DNA from: Salinarimonas sp.
GTDB lineage: Bacteria > Pseudomonadota > Alphaproteobacteria > Rhizobiales > Beijerinckiaceae
Direction: 5' to 3'
Assembly: GCF_046292825.1 (NCBI RefSeq)
Contig: NZ_JBKBQG010000017.1
Coordinates: forward strand, 7,972 to 71,971
DNA length: 64,000 bases
Below, one piece after another: positions 8,802 through 16,101 of this stretch (position 1 is the stretch's first letter; every line of letters begins with the position of its first letter). A model generated the notes under the pieces. The model was not told the origin of the DNA. It made no database searches and saw only the letters and a list, made by a program, of their open reading frames with translations. The position numbers were made by a program, and so were the translations under genes.

Positions 8802-9533
8802 AACAGGCCGAGCGCGGCCGTGCCGGCGCGACTTTGGTCTAATTTCGCCCTCTTTTCGCGCGTTTTCCGCGTTTGCCGGCGAGCCCTCCGCCGCCTCGCG
8901 CAAATCCTTTGCGGGCAAGGCTTCCGGGGATTGCGACGCGGCAACCTCCCGCTGCGGGGTGTCGGCCGGGCCGTCCGCGGGTTCGGCGCGCTCGTGCGGA
9001 TCTGCGTCTTTTGGTTCCGCGTCTTCAACCGCCTGCGACGCGATGTCGCGATCCCCCATTGGCTCGCGCTCTTCGACTTTCGGCGAAGTGCCGCGGAATA
9101 TCTTCTCCGCCAAGGCCTTGGCGTCGAAGTCCGCCGGCAGCGGACCCGATCCGGGGACGCCGCCGGGCACGTTCCAGTCGTAGGCGTATTCGCGCGCGGG
9201 ATCGAGATAGCCGGCGATCTTCGGATCGCTCGCCCAGGCGCGCCGCAAGGCCGCGTTGCGCAGAACGGCGGGAACGCCCTTCCTGAGGAAAGCGGTGATG
9301 TCGGTCGAGGCGTCGATCGATTCGACCGGGGGGAGGGCGGCGAGCTCCTCCTCGGAGAGGGTCTCCTCGACGGGGGTCGGCGCGGCGGCCTCGGGCTCGG
9401 GCGCGTGCTCCTCCGCGGCTTGGTCTTCCGGCGCCTCGGCCGGCGCGGCGCGCGTCTCCTCCTCCGCGATCGCCCGCTTGCGGCGCGACCAGCGCGAGAG
9501 GAAACCCTCGCCGTCGTCCCCGCCGCCGCTCAT
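8799..9533 (-). CDS. DUF3306-like protein (acidic, Pro/Ala/Glu-rich; FDH-associated)
   Basis: Start MSGGGDDGEGFLSRWSRRKR. Conserved-looking block ITAFLRKGVPAVLRNAALRRAWASDP...DWN. The start overlaps the stop of the upstream gene (tcat at 9530-9533). DUF number assigned from memory. Confidence 0.65.
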   Translation of the reverse strand: MSGGGDDGEGFLSRWSRRKRAIAEEETRAAPAEAPEDQAAEEHAPEPEAAAPTPVEETLSEEELAALPPVESIDASTDITAFLRKGVPAVLRNAALRRAWASDPKIAGYLDPAREYAYDWNVPGGVPGSGPLPADFDAKALAEKIFRGTSPKVEEREPMGDRDIASQAVEDAEPKDADPHERAEPADGPADTPQREVAASQSPEALPAKDLREAAEGSPANAENARKEGEIRPKSRRHGRARPV

Positions 9534-10051
9534 CGCCCGCCCTCCTCGTCGTCGTCGAGGCCGAGCACGCGCGGTGCGCGGCGCGCGAGCGCCTCCGGAT
9601 CGGCCTTCTTGCGCTTGCGCTTGAAGAATTCGCGCTCCACGTGAAAGGCTTCGTAGAAGGCCCCGATCGCGCTCGCGATCTCGGGCGGCATCGGCACCGC
9701 CTCGAGGATCAGCCCGGCATCGCCCGCGAGCGCCTCGCCCTCGTAGGGATCGGCCGTGACGACGGCGATCGAGACGCCGTCGCCGGCCTCTCGCAGCGCC
9801 ACCCAGAGCGAGGGCCGGCCCGATTGCAGATTGTCGCGATAATGCGCCGTCTCGCCGGGATGCAGCGTCAGCTCGGCCGGGCCGACATACCAGGTCTCCT
9901 GCGCGCCCTCCGGCGTCAGCCGCGTCATCGGCGCCGTCGGCGGCGCGAGCGGCAGCACGGCGCTCGGCGCCCACGAGACCGGCGGCGCCCACTTGTTCGT
10001 CGACACCCGCCGCGTCGCGACGACGCCCAGCGTGAAGCGTGAGTTCGTCAT
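9530..10051 (-). CDS. DUF3305-like protein (FDH-associated)
   Basis: 173-aa complete ORF (MTNSRFTLGVVATRR...), translationally coupled to the next gene. DUF number assigned from memory. Confidence 0.65.
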   Translation of the reverse strand: MTNSRFTLGVVATRRVSTNKWAPPVSWAPSAVLPLAPPTAPMTRLTPEGAQETWYVGPAELTLHPGETAHYRDNLQSGRPSLWVALREAGDGVSIAVVTADPYEGEALAGDAGLILEAVPMPPEIASAIGAFYEAFHVEREFFKRKRKKADPEALARRAPRVLGLDDDEEGGR

Positions 10052-10083
10052 GGATTGCCTCGTGTTTCGAGCGCGAACTCCGG

Positions 10084-10264
10084 GGTGTCATCCCGGACGC
10101 CGAAGGCGATCCGGGACCCATACGCCCGACGGCTCAGTCGCAGCCTGTAGGCTGCGTTTCTCCGACGAAAGCTGCTCAAAGGGAGCGAAACGAGCGCGGC
10201 ATGCGCGCTCGAACGATGGTCGAGCGTATGGGTCCCGGGTCCGCTTCGCGGCCCGGGATGACAC
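10084..10264. repeat. family A intergenic palindromic repeat (MITE/REPIN-like), copy A1
   Basis: ggtgtcatcccggacgccgaaggcgatccgggaccca ... tatgggtcccgggtccgcttcgcggcccgggatgacac. Conserved core cagtcgcagcctgtaggctgcgtttc and gagcgcggcatgcgcgctc. Near-identical copies at 15902, 53178 and 63378. Confidence 0.85.
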
Positions 10265-10394
10265 TCTCCGAAGGATTCACGGACTTTCAGGGGATCGAGG
10301 CGGCGCGCCGTCGGCGACGGCGCGAGCGCGCTTTCCGCCCGCATTCCCTCACCCCTGCCCCTCTCCCTTCCGGGAGAGGGGTTCTCGCACCCCG

Positions 10395-11399
10395 TCACGA
10401 CGCATTCTCCCGCAACGGCAGCCCCATCACCAGGTTCTGCGGCTTCACGCGCACCACCTTGTCCGCGCTCATCGCGAGGATGAGCCAGACGGGGTGGCCC
10501 TCGACGCGCGGGTCGACCGGGGCGTGGCGGGCGAAATCGAGGCGGAAGAGGGCGAGCACGCGCATGCGGTCGTCGAGCGACACGGTCTCGCCGCGCCAGA
10601 GCCGGTTGCCGATCGCGGTCGCCTCGGCGTCGAGCCCGACGAACCAGCGCCAGTCCTGGTCCTCGATCTCGACCATCGGCTCGACCCGCGCCTCGATCCC
10701 CATGAGGTGGCGCAGGAAGATCTCGATCGCGCGCGCGAGCCCGGCCCGCGCCTTCTGCGCCGCGCCGATCGCCATCGCCATGGTGTGGGCGTCCGAGCGG
10801 CTCCAATAGGTCCAGGCATTGCCGTCGTCCATCACGTCGAGCTCGTCGGCGAGGGACTTGTCGAGCATGGCGACGAGGGGCGAGACCGGGGCGCGGCCCT
10901 CGAATTCCTCGATGAGTTCGGCATCCGCGAGGATCGCCCCGCCGTCGCCGGTCGAGACGCGCTGGGGGCGGAAGAAGAGCTCGGCCGCGCGCAGGACGTA
11001 AGGGTCGTCGCAGCCGTCGAGCGCGTTGCGCAGGATCAGATGCAGGAGCTGGTTCAGGAAGAGCGGCGGCACGACGGCGCCCGTCCGCACGAGCGAGAGC
11101 CAGGCCGCCTCGATCGAGCCCGCGGCGACGAGCCGGTCGCGATAATCGACGAAGAAGGTCCAGTTCTCCCGCGCGTCCGGATCGGCGATCGCGGCGATCT
11201 CGTCCGGCGAGACCGTGCGGCGGGGGCTCTCGAGGAGGCTCGCATGGAGCGCGCGCTCGGCCGGGCAGGCCTCCTCCGGGGGCAGGATCTCGGGGCGCGC
11301 GAGATAGGCGGTGAGGAGCTCGTCCGTCACGGCGAGCGTGCCGTCCGGCAGCCGGCGGGTGAGGTGGTGTCCGCTCGAGACCCAGAACTCGCGGCTCAT
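10395..11399 (-). CDS. conserved hypothetical protein (I recall PGAP naming homologs DUF6352)
   Basis: Start MSREFWVSSGHHL. Its ATG overlaps the stop of the upstream gene (ATGA at 11396-11399). 334 aa, soluble, no catalytic motif recognised. Confidence 0.6.
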   Translation of the reverse strand: MSREFWVSSGHHLTRRLPDGTLAVTDELLTAYLARPEILPPEEACPAERALHASLLESPRRTVSPDEIAAIADPDARENWTFFVDYRDRLVAAGSIEAAWLSLVRTGAVVPPLFLNQLLHLILRNALDGCDDPYVLRAAELFFRPQRVSTGDGGAILADAELIEEFEGRAPVSPLVAMLDKSLADELDVMDDGNAWTYWSRSDAHTMAMAIGAAQKARAGLARAIEIFLRHLMGIEARVEPMVEIEDQDWRWFVGLDAEATAIGNRLWRGETVSLDDRMRVLALFRLDFARHAPVDPRVEGHPVWLILAMSADKVVRVKPQNLVMGLPLRENAS

Positions 11400-11953
11400 C
11401 GCTCGCTCCCGTCCTTCATGAGACCCAACAGGTCGACATGTTCCTCCACTTCGTCCTCGCTCTCGACGACTATGAAGGCCTTGGCGTGGCTGTACAGGCG
11501 GTCGGCGCCCGGCGCGCCGGGCTCGCGATGGCGCAGCGTGCGGAACTGCTCGACGATGCGTCCGTCCTTCACGGTGCGGTGCATGGCGATGAGCGTGCCC
11601 TCGGCATGCCCCTCGCACAGGGAGGCCGCATAGGCGATCTCCTCCGCGGCGGCCGTGCGCGCGTGTTCGAGCGTCGGCGGCGCGAAGCGCTCGGCGATGT
11701 GCGCGGCGAGCGCGGCGATCGCCGCCTCGCGCTCCTCCGGGGTCGCGGGCGTCGCGACGACGAGCGTCGAGAAGCCGAGGCTGCCGACGCCGACGAAGCC
11801 CGCGCGGAAGGCCGCACGTTCCTTGTTGGAGAACGCCTCGATGTCCTTGTCCCAGAAGAGGAACGTCCCCGTCACCGCCCATTCGCCGGGCTCGGCCGGG
11901 TGCGCGAAGACGAAGGTGTCGGAGGGGTCGAGCCGGATCGTGCGCGGCAGCAT
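11396..11953 (-). CDS. conserved hypothetical protein (I recall PGAP naming homologs DUF6505)
   Basis: Start MLPRTIRLDPSDTFVF, five intervening nucleotides after the stop of the BPL-like gene. 185 aa, soluble. Confidence 0.6.
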   Translation of the reverse strand: MLPRTIRLDPSDTFVFAHPAEPGEWAVTGTFLFWDKDIEAFSNKERAAFRAGFVGVGSLGFSTLVVATPATPEEREAAIAALAAHIAERFAPPTLEHARTAAAEEIAYAASLCEGHAEGTLIAMHRTVKDGRIVEQFRTLRHREPGAPGADRLYSHAKAFIVVESEDEVEEHVDLLGLMKDGSER

Positions 11954-11958
11954 CGGGC

Positions 11959-12705
11959 TCACAGGCGCGGCCCCCGACGCGTCTCGTCGTACCAGGCGGG
12001 CGCGGCGAGCGCGGGCAGGAGCGCGCGTCGCTCGGCGCCGGTGACGCCGTGGCGGTGGACGAGGAGATCGCCGTTGCCGTCGATGCCCCGCCGCTCGCCC
12101 GCCTTCTCGCGCTTGAGGCGGGCGAGATAGACGTCCGCGACCTTTCGGAAGCCGCGATTCGCCCACGCATCGACATGCACCATCAGGTGGCGCGCGAAGC
12201 TCTCGATCAGAACGCGCGGCTCCCCGAAACCCTCCTCCTCGAGCGAGGTCGAGAGCGGCATCAGCCCGCTCTCCGTCAGCGCCATGCGGGCGGCGATGAG
12301 CTGGCACCCGAAGACGAGCCAATCGGGCACCGCGTCCTCGGGCGTCCCCTCGGGCCAGCCGAGCCGTCCGCCGCCGATCAGCGCGCCGTCGTAATGGATC
12401 GTGTCGGGCCACAGGAACTCGACCGATTTCTCCGGCGGGCAATGGGCCGCGATGGCGTCGGCGACCGCCGCCATGCCGGCGAAGAAGGCGCGGCGCGCCG
12501 ACACGAGCGGCTCCTCGGGCTCCAGCACGACGGCGAATTCGACGAGATCGTAGCGCCCGACATGGACGAGCGTGCCGGCGCCCGCTTCGCCTGCGATGGC
12601 GCAGGCATGCGCGAAGGCGTCCCCGCGCTCGCGCAGGCGCACGGGCGTGAACAGAGGCGGCAGATCGAGCGCGTCGGGCCCGCGCGCGGGTTGCGTCTGC
12701 GGCAC
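11959..12705 (-). CDS. biotin/lipoate protein ligase (BPL/LplA/LipB-fold) family protein, divergent
   Basis: 248 aa. The segment EFLWPDTIHYDGALIGGG resembles the KWPND(L/I)...G(I/L)G strand of BirA/LplA catalytic domains. No GRGRxGR biotin loop is visible. First gene of a three-gene coupled unit. Confidence 0.55.
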   Translation of the reverse strand: MPQTQPARGPDALDLPPLFTPVRLRERGDAFAHACAIAGEAGAGTLVHVGRYDLVEFAVVLEPEEPLVSARRAFFAGMAAVADAIAAHCPPEKSVEFLWPDTIHYDGALIGGGRLGWPEGTPEDAVPDWLVFGCQLIAARMALTESGLMPLSTSLEEEGFGEPRVLIESFARHLMVHVDAWANRGFRKVADVYLARLKREKAGERRGIDGNGDLLVHRHGVTGAERRALLPALAAPAWYDETRRGPRL

Positions 12706-12861
12706 GTTGGCTTTCCTCCCGTCACCGGCTTTCGGCGGACCGTCTTTGGGTCTATTCTAACATAAACCGATTTGCGACAAGAGCGACGGACGTGCCGGTG
12801 GGGTCGCGGGCACGCCGCAGCCGAAAGTCGATCCGCCTCGATCCACCGGGAAGAAGCGTCC

Positions 12862-14901
12862 GTGTCCGACACAAAGCGTATCGTTTTCGCCTGCTCGTGC
12901 GAAAAGACCATGCCGCTCGACGAGGCCGCGCTCGCCGCCGGCTGCGGCGGGCGGCTCGAGACGGCGACCCAGCTCTGCGTCTCCGAGATCGAGCGGGTCA
13001 CGGACGCGCTGATGCGCGGCGAGCGCGTCACGATCGGCTGCACCCAGGAGGCGCCGACCTTCGAGGACGCAGCCGAGGATGCCGGGCTCGAGGAGCCCGC
13101 TCTCGCCTTCGTCAACATTCGCGAGGCGGCGGGCTGGTCGCGCGAGGCGAAAGAGGCGGGGCCGAAGATGGCGGCGCTTCTCGCGGCCGCGTCCGTACCG
13201 GTCTCGCCCGTGCAGCTCGTCGCGATGGAATCGGAGGGCGTGATCCTCATCCTCGGCCGCGACGAGACCGCGATCGAGGCGGGCCGCCGCCTCGCCGATC
13301 ATCTCGACGTCACCGTGATGCTGGAGCGCCCCGGCGAGATCGCGCCGCCGCGCCGGGCGGACTTCCCCGTGGTGAAGGGGCGCGTGCGCAAGGCCGCGGG
13401 GCATCTCGGCGCCTTTGCGCTCGAAATCGACGATTACGCGACCGCCGCCCCGTCCTCGCGCGCGGCGCTCCGCTTCGGCGAGGGGCGCGACGGCGCGCGC
13501 TCGGAATGCGACATCGTGCTCGATCTGCGCGGCGAGCGCCCGCTCTTTCCCGCCGACGATCTGCGTCCGGGCTATCTGCGCGCCGATCCGCGCGATCCGG
13601 CCGGCGTCGAGCGGGCGATCTACGAGGCGCGCGACCTCGTCGGAACCTTCGACAAGCCGAAATACGTCGCCTTCGATCCGGGGCTCTGCGCCCATTCCCG
13701 CTCGAAGATCGTGGGCTGCACGCGCTGCCTCGATCTGTGCCCGACGGGCGCGATCGCGCCCGCCGGCGATCACGTCGCGATCGATCCCCATGTCTGCGCC
13801 GGCTGCGGCCAATGCGCGGCCGCCTGCCCGACGGGGGCGGCGAGCTATGCGATGCCCAATGTCGAGACGCTCGGCGCGCGCCTGCGCACGATGCTGCGGG
13901 CCTATGCGCAAGCGGGCGGGCGCGACGCCGTCCTCCTCTTCCACGACGGCGAGCACGGCGAGCCGATGATCGACGCGCTCGCCCGCTTCGGCGACGGGCT
14001 GCCGGCGCGCGCGATCCCCGTCCAGGTGAACGAAGTCACGCAGATCGGCCCCGAGATCTTCGCCGCCGCCTTCGCCTATGGTGCGGCCGGCGCGCGGGTG
14101 CTCGTGCGCGAAAAACCGAAGCACGAGATCGTCGGGCTCGAGCGCACGCTCGCCACCGTCGAGACGATCCTCGTCGCGCTCGGCTTCGGCGAGGCGCCCG
14201 TCGGCATCGTCTCGACCGACGATCCGGACGCGCTCGGCGCCGCCATGCGCGAGGCCTGCGCGGCGCGCGCGGGGCGGGCGGCGGCGGTGCCGGCCTCCTT
14301 CCTCGCGGTGCCGAAGAAGCGCGCGATGCTCGAACTCGCGTTTCGCGAATTGCACCGCGTCGCGCCAGCGCCCGTGCCGGTCGTCGCGCTCGAGCGGGGC
14401 GCGCCCTTCGGCGGGATCGTGGTCGACGTCGCCGGCTGCACGCTGTGCCTCGCCTGCGTCTCCGCCTGCCCGGCCGACGCGCTCTCCGACAATCCGGACC
14501 GCCCGACCGTGCGCTTCACGGAATCGAACTGCGTTCAGTGCGGATTGTGCGCGGCGACCTGTCCGGAAAAGGTGATCAGCCTCGAGCCCCGCCTCGATTT
14601 CGCCGCCTGGGCCGAGCCCAAGCGGCTGATCAAGGAGGAGGAGCCCTATCCGTGCGTCTCCTGCGGCAAGCCCTTCGGCACGCGGGCGACGATCGAGCGC
14701 GTGATGGCGAAGCTGTCGGGCACCCATTGGATGTTCTCCGGCCCCGACGGCGAGCGCCGCTCCCGCGTCCTGCAGATGTGCGAGGATTGCCGCGTCGAGA
14801 CGGTCGTCAACGACAGCTTCGACCCGCACGAGATCGAGCGCATGAAGCCGCGCACCACGGACGATTACCTGCGCGAGCGCAAGAGCGAGACGGAGCACTG
14901 A
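12862..14901 (+). CDS. large (about 680 aa) 4Fe-4S dicluster poly-ferredoxin-like protein
   Basis: GTG start (VSDTKRIVFACSCEKT) after gggaagaag. Two ferredoxin pairs: CTRCLDLCP + CAGCGQCAAACP and CTLCLACVSACP + CVQCGLCAATCP. A C-terminal Cys cluster CVSCGKPF...CEDC. Divergent from the BPL-like gene. Confidence 0.8.
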   Translation: MSDTKRIVFACSCEKTMPLDEAALAAGCGGRLETATQLCVSEIERVTDALMRGERVTIGCTQEAPTFEDAAEDAGLEEPALAFVNIREAAGWSREAKEAGPKMAALLAAASVPVSPVQLVAMESEGVILILGRDETAIEAGRRLADHLDVTVMLERPGEIAPPRRADFPVVKGRVRKAAGHLGAFALEIDDYATAAPSSRAALRFGEGRDGARSECDIVLDLRGERPLFPADDLRPGYLRADPRDPAGVERAIYEARDLVGTFDKPKYVAFDPGLCAHSRSKIVGCTRCLDLCPTGAIAPAGDHVAIDPHVCAGCGQCAAACPTGAASYAMPNVETLGARLRTMLRAYAQAGGRDAVLLFHDGEHGEPMIDALARFGDGLPARAIPVQVNEVTQIGPEIFAAAFAYGAAGARVLVREKPKHEIVGLERTLATVETILVALGFGEAPVGIVSTDDPDALGAAMREACAARAGRAAAVPASFLAVPKKRAMLELAFRELHRVAPAPVPVVALERGAPFGGIVVDVAGCTLCLACVSACPADALSDNPDRPTVRFTESNCVQCGLCAATCPEKVISLEPRLDFAAWAEPKRLIKEEEPYPCVSCGKPFGTRATIERVMAKLSGTHWMFSGPDGERRSRVLQMCEDCRVETVVNDSFDPHEIERMKPRTTDDYLRERKSETEH

Positions 14902-14990
14902 AGCCGGCGGCGGCATGACGCGCCGCCGCGCCCGAACGCCTCGCCCGCCGCGCCGTTGACCCTCCTCGACGACCCACCGAGGAGGCGATC

Positions 14991-15809
14991 TTGGGTGAGA
15001 CCGGCATCAGGCTCGATCTGACGGGCCAGACGGCGATCGTGACGGGCGCGTCTTCCGGCATCGGCGCGGGGATCGCGCGGCTGTTCGGGCGCGCCGGCGC
15101 GAACGTCGTGATCAATTACCGATCGAGCGAGGACGGCGCGCGCGAGACGCTCCGCGCGATCGAGGATGCGGGCGGCACGGGCCGCATCGTGCAGGCGGAC
15201 GTGTCGCAGGAGGGCGACGTGAAGCGCCTGTTCGAGGAGGCGTGCGACGCCTTCGGCACCGTCCACGTGCTCATCGCCAATGCCGGCCTCCAGCGCGACG
15301 CGCCCGCCCACGAGATGAGCCTCGCGGATTGGAAGACCGTTCTCGACGTCAACCTCACCGGCCAGTTCCTCTGCGCGCGCGAGGCGATCCGGCTGTTTCG
15401 CGCGCGAGGCCCGGTGCCGGAGGTATGCCCGGCGCTCGGCAAGATCGTGTGCATCTCCTCCGTCCACCAGTTCATCCCCTGGTCGGGGCGCGTGAACTAT
15501 GCGGCGTCGAAGGGCGGACTCCTCCTGATGATGCAGTCGCTCGCGCAGGAATATGCGGGGGAGAAGATCCGCATCAACGCCATCGCGCCCGGCGCGATCA
15601 AGACCGCCATCAACCGCTCCTCCTGGGACGACCCGGCCGAGCGCGAAAAGCTCCTGGATCTCATCCCCTATGGCCGCATCGGCGAGAGCGAGGACGTCGC
15701 CCGCGCAGCCCTGTGGCTCGCGAGCGACGCCAGCGACTACGTCACCGGCGAGACGCTGGTGGTGGACGGCGGAATGGCGCTCTATCCGGGGTTCCGGGAG
15801 GGAGGGTGA
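14991..15809 (+). CDS. short-chain dehydrogenase/reductase (glucose 1-dehydrogenase-like SDR)
   Basis: TTG start after gaggagg. Motifs TGASSGIG, NAG and SSVH...YAASKGG (catalytic Y-x3-K). Confidence 0.85.
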   Translation: MGETGIRLDLTGQTAIVTGASSGIGAGIARLFGRAGANVVINYRSSEDGARETLRAIEDAGGTGRIVQADVSQEGDVKRLFEEACDAFGTVHVLIANAGLQRDAPAHEMSLADWKTVLDVNLTGQFLCAREAIRLFRARGPVPEVCPALGKIVCISSVHQFIPWSGRVNYAASKGGLLLMMQSLAQEYAGEKIRINAIAPGAIKTAINRSSWDDPAEREKLLDLIPYGRIGESEDVARAALWLASDASDYVTGETLVVDGGMALYPGFREGG

Positions 15810-15901
15810 CGCCCCCCGCCAAGGCGAGGGACGTCCGTCGCGCTCCCTCGCTTTCGCTCGAGAAGCCTCTCCTTTCCCGGAGAGCTCGTACAATCTCCAA
15901 G

Positions 15902-16084
15902 GGTTGTCATCCCGGGCCGCGAAGCGGACCCGGGACCCATACGCTCCACGACCGCACGAGCGCGCATGCCGCGCTCGCTGCGCTACTTTGGAGCGTCGCT
16001 CGTCGGAGAAACGCAGCCTACAGGCTGCGACTGAGACGTGGTGGTTATGGGTCCCGGATCGCCTTCGGCGTCCGGGATGACACC
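15902..16084. repeat. family A repeat, copy A2 (inverted orientation relative to A1)
   Basis: The reverse complement aligns with A1 over the termini and the cagtcgcagcctgtaggctgcgtttctccgac core. Confidence 0.85.
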
Positions 16085-16101
16085 CCAAACGATGCAGTTT
16101 T

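Noticed and set aside
10084-10264. Recurrent ORF fragments beginning MGPGSPSASGMTP, in the track ORFs starting at 10121, 15967, 53215 and 63421, plus similar peptides from family B and C repeats
   Set aside because: They arise from translating the repeated intergenic elements. The similarity reflects DNA repeats, not a protein family, and the ORFs run into neighbouring genes out of context.
10357-10380. Hairpin cccctctccc-ttcc-gggagagggg after the stop of the unknown gene at 10395, considered as a seventh family C copy
   Set aside because: Only the short hairpin resembles the family C terminus. The internal boxes CCGGGTGGGGCC and GGCCCCACCCG are absent. It is treated as an isolated palindrome.
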